Of a DNA stretch of 64,000 nt, positions 19,650-31,800 are shown piece by piece. A program made the position numbers and the translations under genes. Each line of letters opens with the position of its first letter. The first letter of the stretch is position 1. The notes beneath the pieces are model-generated. The model searched no databases, had not been told where the DNA came from, and worked only from the letters and a program-made list of their open reading frames with translations. Source of the DNA: a virus (lineage: Duplodnaviria; Caudoviricetes); the IMG/VR virus record IMGVR_UViG_3300032327_000961, positions 3,312 to 67,311 of that record, one strand, 5' to 3'.

Positions 19650-19657
19650 CAAATATA
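19650..19657 (-). promoter_or_regulatory. TAnnTTTG -7 box upstream of the holin-like/spanin genes
   Basis: TATATTTG(TAT) on the - strand in the 83-nt intergenic gap. Confidence 0.5.
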
Positions 19658-19721
19658 GTTTATAATATACAAAGTAACTAATCAAAATAATGATTTGTTT
19701 TTGTCTAAAGAAATACCAACA

Positions 19722-22700
19722 TTAGAATGCTCTAGTTGCATTTAACATTTTCAATTGCTCATCTGGATTAGTTGTATTTTCAATTTGAGTTATAATTGGA
19801 ACTGCATCATAAAATCTTGCTTTCAATTTTAAATCTCCTTTGTCATAACTTCCAGTAGATCTTTCATATTCTTCTAACGGATCTGTTAATTGACTTAATA
19901 ATCTCCAAACTTTATTAACACTACTAAAAGAAGCACTAGGACTTTTAAATTGTCTTAATATATCTGTAGGATTTGTGTAAAATAACATATCAGATTGAGT
20001 TCTTGCAATTTGATATTTTGTAAATGACGTTAAATAATCATCATCATCATCTGGTAATGCTGCATAAGCTAAACTAAAAGCTAATACTAATCCTATTTCA
20101 CCAACTGTTTTTCTTATACCAGCTTTTTCAAAATCTTCTAACTCATTATATTTAGAAGACATTACCAAAACAGTTTTTGGATCTTGTAAGAATTGTTTAC
20201 AGAAGTTAAAAAAGGTATTATAATAACCCCTATTTATTTTATTTGTTTCTACATCAAAATATGTATTTTCATATCTTGATTTAAAACCACTTCGTATGTA
20301 CTTTCTAAATAATCTAGCTAATCTACCTATTATATATCTATCTGCTGCTACATTATCTTCATAAACTCCGTGCATTTGTTTATTCAATGCGTGTACTGTA
20401 TTTCTAATATCTTCTTCTATTTCTGGAGTTATTTGACTTTGGAATTCAGGTAATACTTCTAATCTACCATTCACAATTTCATAAGCTTCATCCATTGCTA
20501 CTAAATTTCCATTTGCATCTTTTACTTTTCTATTATTCATCAATGCAATTAAAGTACAACTTTGAGCAAAATGTTCACCCATATTATTCATAAAGAATAA
20601 ATTACTTGTGCTGAATGCTTTTTTAGTCATACTTTGTGAATCAGCTAACCCCTTTTTAAAATTTCCTTGAATAGGATCGTATTTTTCAAAAAGTAATCCC
20701 CATTTACTTTTAGGCAAATTAGAATTAGCATCGTTTATTATTCCAAGTATATTACCCATATACTTAGTTTCTGCTACTGCTAAATCTTTAGGAGTATAAT
20801 GTTTTGCTCCTATTGACTCCATCAAAAAAGTAAGTTTAGCTAGTAATACGTTATTAAAACTACCTAGAAAATTTAAACCTAAGCTATTTAAACTAGTATA
20901 TTTAGTTATTGCTTTTTCTAAAGCCATTGCTTTAGGGTTTTCTTTTTCTTTATATCTACCATAAACTACTGCATTATTAAATTCTCTTAATGATTTAACA
21001 GAATTTGCTTCATTTTGATTTGCTAATAATTTCTTTAATCCAATTTTATTAGACAAAGAATCAAATACATTTTCACCTTTTGCATTAGTTAAAGCTGTTT
21101 TCCTCATTCCTATTACATCTGTCATTAGTTGTATTTCTGAATAAACTTCTCCTAATGCTTTATAGTTATTAGCCATTTGTCCAAATTTTAATAAACTTGG
21201 TATTACATCAGAACTAACTTCATTTGCATCTAAATACTGTGTATAATAAATAGGTATTGATTTTACTTCATTACCTGATTGATCTTGAATACCATATTGA
21301 GTATCTGTTTCTCTGATTTTAAAAGAATCTTTTGCTTCATTTAATACAGATTTTAAACCATTTTCATTAAACCTATCTACATTATCCTTTCTTATAGAAG
21401 GTAATACCAAACCTCTTCTATATGATTTAGGTAAAGAACTCTGTGAATATAAATAGTTATCTGTTAAAACATTAAGAAAAGTCTTTTCTGCTTGGGATAA
21501 ATTTTTATAGTTTTGATTAATATATTTAGTTTTTAAAGGACTGTCTAAATCATATTGAATTCTAGGATTGCCAAAATCATCTAATATAGTTACTTTTTGT
21601 CCTGCTGAATCATATTGAGGTTCACAATTTTCCGCATACCATTTACCTCTTTGTGCACTAGTTGAATTTTTTAATAATGCAGCTTTGTTTTCATAGAAAG
21701 TTTTATAATCAACTGATGAAACTAATCTTATTTGTTCAACACCTTTTTCATCTTTAATCCTTTCTGTAAAAGGTTCATAAAACTTAGCTGTATTATTTTC
21801 TGATCTACCAGTAGCATTTATATAAGCTTGTTTTGCTGTTTGTAAAATATAATTATTTTCAATATCTTTTGCTCTAGCTTTTTCTTGTTGTGCTTTTATT
21901 AATTTACCATATAAAGCAAAAGGTAAATCTTGTGAATTTATCATTGGATCTAACCAAAGATTCATCCAACCTATATCTGCTGTACTTTCTTCTAATTGTT
22001 TAATTACATATTCTTCAGTAACTTCAGCTTTACCTTTACTTTTTAAAACTTTATTTTGTTCTGTTAAATCGACATTTCTTAAAGCTGTATATAAATAGTT
22101 ACCTAATAATTTAGGAGCTACTGACTTAAACCTATTCTGTATTTGATTAAAATTAGATTGTGCTTCTCTTAATTTTGCACCTGTTTCTGTATCATTAATA
22201 TCATCGACTATATCAGATAATTCTTTTATAATAGTAAAACCATCAATATAATCTTTTGCTTCTGCTAAAAAATCTATTGCTTCTTTTTTATCTTGAATTT
22301 CAGATAAGTTTTTTCCATCAAATCTTTGTTTCATTCTGTCTAAAAGAATTGCTGATTTAGAAGACGCATCTTTTATGAATAAAGAAATAGCTTCTAACTC
22401 ATCTAAAGTATTTACTTTCTCATTTAACTCTTCTAGTTCTTTAATTACACTATCTTTATCGATTCTATTCTTATAGATAGCTAACCTTCTATTTACAACA
22501 TCTCTTATTTCATCGTAAATCTTTTTAGTTTTTTCTATTGGATCATATAGCTTTTGAAAGTTATATGCAGTTTTAATTTCTCCAAATTCATTTACAAATT
22601 TAGCATCTTCAAAAACTGGTTCTCCATTTTCATCCATTTTTCCATTACTATACCATTCTTTAAATTCTGGTGATTTAGTAATTAGATAATGCTCTAATGA

Positions 22701-22805
22701 ATCATCCAATGAATCATTTAAAGTATTAAGACTTTGAAAAAGTATTGAAGGGTTACCATTTTCTGATAACACTTCAATACTATCTATTCCTTTTGCACAA
22801 ACCAT
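19722..22805 (-). CDS. Large virion cargo/ejection protein (1027 aa)
   Basis: Largely helical/coiled-coil; directly downstream of the virion RNAP, the position of an ejection protein in crAss-like genomes. Confidence 0.65.
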   Translation of the reverse strand: MVCAKGIDSIEVLSENGNPSILFQSLNTLNDSLDDSLEHYLITKSPEFKEWYSNGKMDENGEPVFEDAKFVNEFGEIKTAYNFQKLYDPIEKTKKIYDEIRDVVNRRLAIYKNRIDKDSVIKELEELNEKVNTLDELEAISLFIKDASSKSAILLDRMKQRFDGKNLSEIQDKKEAIDFLAEAKDYIDGFTIIKELSDIVDDINDTETGAKLREAQSNFNQIQNRFKSVAPKLLGNYLYTALRNVDLTEQNKVLKSKGKAEVTEEYVIKQLEESTADIGWMNLWLDPMINSQDLPFALYGKLIKAQQEKARAKDIENNYILQTAKQAYINATGRSENNTAKFYEPFTERIKDEKGVEQIRLVSSVDYKTFYENKAALLKNSTSAQRGKWYAENCEPQYDSAGQKVTILDDFGNPRIQYDLDSPLKTKYINQNYKNLSQAEKTFLNVLTDNYLYSQSSLPKSYRRGLVLPSIRKDNVDRFNENGLKSVLNEAKDSFKIRETDTQYGIQDQSGNEVKSIPIYYTQYLDANEVSSDVIPSLLKFGQMANNYKALGEVYSEIQLMTDVIGMRKTALTNAKGENVFDSLSNKIGLKKLLANQNEANSVKSLREFNNAVVYGRYKEKENPKAMALEKAITKYTSLNSLGLNFLGSFNNVLLAKLTFLMESIGAKHYTPKDLAVAETKYMGNILGIINDANSNLPKSKWGLLFEKYDPIQGNFKKGLADSQSMTKKAFSTSNLFFMNNMGEHFAQSCTLIALMNNRKVKDANGNLVAMDEAYEIVNGRLEVLPEFQSQITPEIEEDIRNTVHALNKQMHGVYEDNVAADRYIIGRLARLFRKYIRSGFKSRYENTYFDVETNKINRGYYNTFFNFCKQFLQDPKTVLVMSSKYNELEDFEKAGIRKTVGEIGLVLAFSLAYAALPDDDDDYLTSFTKYQIARTQSDMLFYTNPTDILRQFKSPSASFSSVNKVWRLLSQLTDPLEEYERSTGSYDKGDLKLKARFYDAVPIITQIENTTNPDEQLKMLNATRAF

Positions 22806-22816
22806 TGTGTTTATAT

Positions 22817-25800
22817 TTATACTTTACAAGTTAATTTTATAAGTCCTTTTGCTACTAATTGATTTAGTAAATCTTCATTTTCTTGTAGATAGTTATCTTT
22901 TAATCCTAATACATCTAAAGAAATTGTACTGTCATCAGTCATCATATCTGCTAAATCAGATAAAGTAGTATTTACATCTAAGATAACCATACTTCTCGGA
23001 ATACCCAAGATATTAGCTATTTTATTTTTGATCTCATTAATAAAGTCTAAAATACTATCTATTAATGTTTTATTATCAATTTTATTTGCTGCTAGTTCTC
23101 CTAAACTTTGAACTACTGCTTCTTCTACTGCTTCATCGTAAGATAATTCAGGATACAATTGTTGAATTTGACTTAATATATTTCCTTCTTCTATCACTCC
23201 TTGTGCCAACCTATTATATAATTCAGGATTAGTTTTTCTAATTGCTTCTATAAAAGGGTGAGCAAATTCATGGAATGGGGTATCTAATCGTAAATCATAA
23301 TTAGTATTGATTTCAACTTTTCCTGTTAGTGAATTATATCTACCAAACCAATTTCCTTTACTACTTACATATTCTGTTGGTAATCCAAACTTCTTAGATA
23401 ACTTCTTTAAAATTTTATTTAGTTGAGTAAAGCCAATAATCTTAGCAGTACTTAATTTTTGTTTACCAAATTTAGACCAATCAACACTAGTACTTATAGT
23501 TTCATCTAAACCATTTGGTGTATTATTATCTTCTGGTTTAACAACTTCTTCTATTTGATTATTTAAAGTAAAAGGATTAAAAACTTTTTTACCTGTTGCT
23601 GCTTCTGTTAAAGCTTTGATAAAATAATCTTTACCGTTATTAGTATGCCAAATAGAAGGTTTATTTGTAGGTTGATGAGTAAATACAACTCCTTTATTTA
23701 ATTCTTTAAGAAAAGCTTCTTTTAATCTAGGGTAAGCTGCAAATTTAGCTTTGATTATATCTACCATTAAGTTATAATCATAACCTCTTAATTCATCATT
23801 TACATTACCGACTTTTAATTTTTGATAAATTTGTTCTGCTGTACCTTTTTCTCCTTGATATTCAAATTCATATTTTTCTGTTATGTTTCCTTTCTTAAAG
23901 GAAATTTCAGTTGGATTAGTTAATGCTCCATATAAACCTTTTTCATTAGAACTAATTTCTTGAGTTTTACTACTTGTTTGATTAACTTTTGAAGGTTCAA
24001 CTTTTGGTTGTTCAACAGGTTTTTGTACTGATTTTATTGGATTTTCAACCCCATTTTCAAGATCTTCTCTAGTGTTAGTATTTTCATTAGTTAAACTTTC
24101 TTTAAAATAATTACTCAAAACAATATTTTTTTGTTTATTGTCTTTAAATACATACGGATTTATTGCAGAATTAGATTTAAATTCAGCTACATTAATCAAG
24201 CTAAATGTTTTATCTTGATTTCTTCTCAATACCCAATTTTCTTTAGCATAATTAACCCTACTATATTTGGGGAAACTATCTTTAATAAAACTTTTATCTG
24301 TAGCTTTACTTTTATCGTATTCATATACAATAGATTTATCAGGATTTTCTTTTCTTACTAATAAACCACTTTCTATATATTTACCAAAATCAGGAGTTTT
24401 AACTAAAGTTCTATAATTGTAATTACTTATATATAACTCGGTGTAATGCTCTATATTAGTTTTTTCTAATAATTTTGCTAATTCATCTCTATCTGTTAAT
24501 TCAAGTAAACCATTAGAGTAATTTTTCATTATAGTCGGATTAATTATAGAAATGTAAGTACCATTTCTAAATTTCAATCCATCTTTAAATAAAATTGTAT
24601 TATATAAAGCTGTAGCAAAACTTTGGACATCTAAATTTTCATTTAGTTGTAAATCTATAAAAGCATTAGCAATTGCTTCTTTAAAAGAACTATCGCCTTT
24701 CATTCTAGTATTAAATTCTAAAATAGAAACTCCATTTTTTTCATTTACTACTAAGTTAGCTATAAATTGATTCTGTGCTAATTCAGGGTGGCTTAACAAC
24801 AAAGTTTTATACCTTTCAACAATATTATTTTTATCTTTTTTATTTATTAAAGGTATTCCCTTTTCTAAATACTTATCAAAAACTCCTTCCCCTTCTTTTA
24901 TAGATAAATACTCCCTCATTTTTTGTAAACCTAAATAGTTTACAAATCCTTTTATGTAATTAGCTTTATTTTCAGACTTCTTATAATCAGTAAATATATT
25001 TCCTACAATAGCATCTATATGAGTTTTTACAGAATAATTTTGTAATAATGTATAATCACTAGCACCACTTATTATTGTCCTAGTAGCAGAAATATTTTGA
25101 CTTACTACTTTATCATTATCAATAATCTGTTTAAAATCAATATTATCAGTAGTATCAATTTTATCTAAAAGTTCTTCTGCTGCATAAAACTTACTATCAA
25201 TACCTCTATTTAAAGCCAAAAACTCTCTAAAAGGACTGAAGAACTTATCACTCATTTCCTCAAACTGTATAAATCTTTTAGCTATTTGTATTTCAGTTAT
25301 TAGATTAGGCTTTTGTAAAGTATTTAACATATCTTGAGATGTTAAAGGTATTAACCCATTTTCTGAATAATTTTCTACTGAATAATAATCAAGACCAAAA
25401 CCTTTATTGTTATGCTCAATAACATCGTTTAAGTTTAATTTGTATTTAGCTATTATACTATCTATTTCAGAATCTTTACCCGCAGAATAAGTATTTCTGT
25501 ATTCAGGTCTTTCTCCGTATTTAGTTGCTGCTTCTTCATTAACAAAGATTTTATAATTAGCCAATTTATTTTCAACTCTAGCTAAATCACTTTCTACTTT
25601 CTTTATATTATTGGCAATTAAATCTCCAAGTATTTCTTTTAATTTAAAACTAGGGTTTGCATTTTTAATAGTAGAAGCTTTTCTTAAAATAGGATTGCTA
25701 ATAAACAAACTACTTCTAGTTAAACCATATCCATTAGCTAACATAAAAGTAAATGTTGGCACCATTTTATCTGTTAGATTTAATGCTGCACAAATTAATT

Positions 25801-28800
25801 CTTTAATATCATCTGTTGCAACTGATAAAGTTGTAGATAAACTATCTGCTTTTCTGCTATAAGTTTTTTTATAGTCCCCTTTTTCATCTAAAAGAATAGT
25901 TACTTTTCCATCTTTTTTAACAAGGACAATATCTTCTTCATTTATTTTGTTAATTCCTTCTGAACTATAACCATCAATTTCAGGAGTTTTAGATATTGTT
26001 ACAACTGGTGCACCATCTTTTATTTTTGTAGTTTCAAATTTATAATTCAACTTAGTTAAATAAGCTGAAATTGCATTTGCTACTGCTGCAATACCTACAT
26101 TTTTTTTAGATATTGTGTTGCTTCTCCAATGATTAAATTGAGTAAGCAAGCTATTATAAGAAAATGTAGGTTCTTTTTCAAATATATCTGACAAAATTTC
26201 TTTTACTTGTTTTAGCTTATCAATAGAAGCAGGAGTAAACATTCCCTCTATTACATTTTCATCTTGTACAGTTTCAAAGAAAGCTAATCTGTTTTCTAAA
26301 AGACTATTATTAACCGCATATTTATTATATTGATAATTACTATAATCTTTATGATTTACTAATTCTTCTACTGTACTAGGATAACCAAAGTCAAATAATA
26401 AATCTTTTATTAAATCAAGTTTAGTTTGACCTTCTTTAAGAGTATCTTTAAGTTCGTCAAATTTGTCTGAAAGTTTATTATTATTCTTTTTAATTTGGGA
26501 AATAAAATCATTAAACTCAACTTGATCTAATTCTTCTTGAGTTGCATTAGGGTTAATTTTTTTATTTTTATCTCTGTTAAAAACAGAATAAACTGTTTTA
26601 TATCTTGTTTCTCCGTCTTTTTCAAATTTAACTCTGTGTTTAGTAAATTCTTTTCTTTGAGCATACAAACTATCTACGTCAAAATCTGCTCCTGATAATG
26701 CAACTATTTCTGATGGACAAGCAACAACTGAACCCATAAAAGAAGGTAAAAATCCTACTACTTTAAAAGGTAGCATAGAATGATGAGATTGTGTAGGTAT
26801 TCTATAACCTAACATTTTCATTATTTCGTTTGCTAAAGCAGGGTTATCTAATACTTCTTTTTCTGTTAATCCATTTTGAACTAATACTTCTGCTCCTAAT
26901 AATACTTCTGCATATTCAAATGTATATTTTCCATCAGCTCCTTTTACATAGTTATGTAATTTTAAAGGTGTTCCATCTGTTTTTGCTAAACCTTCTGAGG
27001 GAACTAAAGTTAATTTAAGTCCTGGAACTTTCTGTCTAAATGCGTTACTATTAAAATAAGCAATAAACATTTCCTCAAACTTATTCTGAATATTAGGTAA
27101 ATCTATTGAGTAATTAGGTAAACCTTGTGCGTTTTTACTTAAATACTCAATCATATTAGGATCTCCTTGAGAAGAAATCAAATTATCAACTAAGTAGTCA
27201 TAAAATCCAGATACATTTTTTAAATCTTCTTTTACATAATTTAAAGATATTTCTCTAATCTTGGCTAGATTAGCTTGATAATCATCTCTTAGTGTTTGTA
27301 AAGTTGTTTCTTTACCGTTGTAATCAATGACAGTATCGTTATCTAATTCAGAATCTATTAGTTGTATTAATTGAGTTCCGTCTGTAATTTTTAATTTACC
27401 AGAAGGGTTTTCCATCTGTAATCTAAAAGTATTGTTTTTAGCTTTTACAGTTTTTAATACATCTGGGTATTTTCCATCTTCCAAATAGTTTACATTTTCT
27501 TTTCTCCCTTTCATAGAAGAAGTTGTAAAAACTACATCTACTTTATTAGCGTACATTTTATTAAGAAGACCATGTAAATGATCTCTTCCTTCTAATGCCA
27601 TCCATTCTCCAATACCGTTTGATTCTACCCATTTAGAAGTAGTTTCTCTGTTTAAATTTATTACAGCAGTTTTAGCATATATAGACCCATCAACTAAAAC
27701 AAATTTTCTACTAATTAGTAAATTAGTTATTTCTTTATTTGCTTTAGTTACTATATTATCTACAGATTTTTTATCTATACCTTTAAACTTTTCTTCTGTT
27801 TTTTTAATTAACTCTAAATCTCTATAATGCTGAATACCTTTGTTTACTCTTTTTAAAACCTCTTTGTATTGCTGAGAAGATTTTGCTTTAGAGGTTTTAA
27901 CTGTATTCAAATCCCTATAATAGTTTTTCAAATATTCGTTTTCTAATAATACTTGGAATAACAAATCTGTATGAAAAGTTAATTTACCTAAACCTTTTGC
28001 TACTTTGTATGCTCTTTCTATTGTATCATAAGATCCACCATCATCTACTTCTGTTTTACCAAATTTAGGTAAATCTTTTATTACTGTTTCATTAATTGCA
28101 ATAGTAAAATCCTGTTCTTCTTCTATATCAAATGATCCATCATTTTGTCTAATTCTTTCATAAATAACTGGTGCTGCACCTGCTGCAATAGAACCTTTAC
28201 CTCTTTTAGTTACATCTCCATCATTCTTATATATATTAAGATTGCCTTCTTCGCCTCTAATTATATCTTGATAAGAATGTCTAATAATAAAATCTTTAGC
28301 TAAATATTCTTTTACCTGTTTTCTTAAATCATCTTCTTTGCTAACATCAAACAACTCTTTGCTAGTTAGTTCATAATCAGGTAACATTTTACCAAATGCT
28401 TGGTACTCATCTTCCAAATATTGATTTATTTCAGCTTCTAATTCTTTATCTGTTAATTTTGCAGCATCTCTACTATTAGGAAATCTTACTCCTAAATTTT
28501 CTTCACCGCTATTAATATTTTCAATATCACTATGATGAATAGTATTATAATTGTAAGCTACTGTAGGATGTTCTTCGCTTAATACTTGTGCTTTTCTAGT
28601 TCCTTTAGGAATTGAATAATGGATATTTAAAGATAGACCTTCTAATTCTGGACTATTTAAATCTAAAAGTTTTCCTTCAATACCTTTGTCTTTTACTAAA
28701 GACAACATTTTATCTTTTACATAATTATCCTGATCAATAATTCCTTTAAAAGCTTTTATTAAAGCAGGAGTAGCTTTATCTTTTTCTATAAATTGAATTT

Positions 28801-31800
28801 TAGCTATTTCTGGTGAAACTTTTACAGTAGTCATTGTACTTGCTGCTTCATGTACGGCAAATACAAATGTGTTATTGTTATATAAAAGTTGTTTAGCTAA
28901 TAATAATTCTCTATGAGAAATATTTTTAAAAGTACTTCCGTCTGCATTTTTATCTGTGTAATCAATACCTCCAAACCCTCTTAGAGTTACACCAGACATA
29001 TTTTTATCACTGAAGAAATTATATTTATAATACTCAGGATTTTCTTCCATTATTTTAGCAGCTTGTCTTGCTCTTTTAGCTGCTAAGAATCTAAATAAAT
29101 AAGCATATTGAGATTTTTTTTCTGCATTTTGAAAATTACCTTCTTGTGAATCATATCTAAGATTAGAATTGGCTAAACCAATAACTTTTAACCTTGTATC
29201 AATTTCTTTCTTTTCTTCAGACCTTTCATCTTTTCCTATTATGTTATCTTCTTCTACATAATCTAGGAAAGGATTTTTATAAATAAAATTTGAATCCCCA
29301 GTTGCTTTTAAAGCTTCATCTATAAATTTTGATTTTGATAAATTAGGTTTATTCAATATTATTTGAAACATCATACTTAAAGTATTAGGAAACGCATATC
29401 CATCTTCTAATTCATTAAGTTTAAGAATAGTATTTTTTTCTAAATCAATACCTATATTAGACAAATTTCTTTGAAACTCATTAATATCTATTAATAAAGC
29501 TTTATCTTTTTCAGTAAAATTAAAATTCTGTCTAGCTATTATACCTGAAATTGCTTTTAAAGATTCTTTAAATTGATTTCTGTTATTAGATATTGCTTCA
29601 TTAAAGTTATTTTTTTGTCTTTGTATTTCTACTAAAACTTGAGATTGTCTAGTTGCATTATAAAGTCTGGTTTTAGGATTAGAAAAATCAGATTTAATAA
29701 TCATTGATTTAGATCCTTCATCCCAACTTTGAGCACCTTCTATTAAACAAACATCACTTTCAATATATTCTTTTTGTCCATACTGAAAATAAAATAATTC
29801 TTTAAAATTATTATTGAGTAATTTTACAACTGGTTTATTTGTATTAGCAACATCTGTTTTATTTAAACTATCTGTAACATCTTTATATTTAGCTAATATA
29901 AGAGCCATATTATTATCATTTTGTGCTGCTTTTTCCATTCTAGTTTCCATTTCTTTTATGGAATCACAGCCTACTAAAGTTGCATTTAAAACTTTATTTA
30001 CAGCACTTAATGGTAAAACAGTTGGTACTTCAAAACCATTAGGTAGTTTTTCAGTAGAAGGAATGGTTGATAAAAATATTTTTAGTACTTTACTAATTTT
30101 ATTAATACCACCATTTTCAAACATATTAGCGTCATAATCTCTGTTTTTATCAGAGTTTTCATTTTCTTCAGCAAAATCATTTTCAATATTTTCTATTGCT
30201 AACAAATCATTAAGATTTGTTATTGCTTGATTTGCTTGATCTAAGATTATTTTAGCATTATTAGTTGCTTTTTGACTACCTGTTTCTTTGTCTAATGCAG
30301 TTGGTCTTAAATAAGCGTTAGCCATTTTAGAAGAATCTTTTGGCAAAACTCTCCAACCTAATCTTTTTAATTCTTCTAATAATTTAGGATCGCTAGGTGT
30401 ATCTTTTGTATATGCTAATAATGCGTTATTCATTGCATTTGTAACCTCTTCTTCTGTTACAAGTTGCATATAAGTATCATTTACATCTCCAGTTTTAGTT
30501 TCATAAGCCACTTTAGAACTTACAAGAGAGTAAATTAAATTATGGGCAATAGTACTAGGAACTCCTGTTAAAAGTTTATGTGCTACTAAATCCCCTTCTA
30601 CATTTAATACAGTTGCATTTCTAAATCCTCCATTTTCAATCTTCTTAAATAAAGATGAAATTGTATTTTCTCTTTTTGTAAAGAATGAAATTAAATTCTT
30701 TAAATATCTAAAGATTTTATCAAACAAAGCTTGAGGTCTGTTATTCATATATTGCTGAAACTTATCAGCTAAATGTTCTTCTGCTATTCTATCTACTACT
30801 TGTTCATCAGATAATCTTCTGTAATTAGGATTAGAGGTTCTAAATATAGCAATTTCTTCTCTGCTAATATCACCTAATTCTTTTTTAGCTAAATTAAGAT
30901 AATATTGTTTTTCATAAGGAGTTAATAAACTTCTATATACAGCATGGAATGCTTCGTGATATTCAGTTCCTTTTTCAAATGCTTTAGCTAAATAAATTGT
31001 GTTATTTAAATAAGCACCTAATTCTTGACCTGTTAAAGTAATTCTTCCTATTAAACTTTCTATACTATCTATAGAAATTTCTTTAGGTAAAATTCTTTTT
31101 AATGTTTTCCTTACTTTTTCTAAATCCTGAACTGTTAAATCATTATTAGTTTGTAATTTAAAAGGTACATCGGCGTATTCTGGATTTTTAAGTTTACCTT
31201 CTTTATCATAAATATATAACAAGTTGTTATACTTATATGCTCCCATTGTTCTATCAAGTACAATAGGTCTTTCATTACCAGATTTATCTTTTAAATAATA
31301 TTCATTTCCATTTTCATCTTTTGGATAATACTCTTTACCGTTTTTATCTATTGGATAAATAGGTCTTCCAAAAAAATCATACTTTGTTTCTTGTTGATTA
31401 ATATTTGGTGCAGAAGTAACTTTTGTACTTGTAGTATCTGTTGGATCATCTAAATCTTCTTCTAGTTCAATTCCTGCTAGAGAATCATCAACTATTTTAG
31501 TTTCTCCTAATGATTGTGTTTCAACTGATATAGGTTGTATATTTACTCCATTTAATATAGAAGTTTCTGAATCATTTACTATTATATTTGCATTTTGTAC
31601 ATCTTTAGTAGCAGTAGAGGAATTTGGATAAACAACTATATTACTAAATATTTCTTCATTAACTAAAGGAATAAAGTCATCATAAGTTATTTTTTTATTA
31701 GAAATAGATATTTTTCCTTTATTACCTAAAATATTTTCATTCCATATTTTTAATCTTGCTTGGTCTTTTCTTAATAAAGGACTTGCTTGAAAAAGATTAT

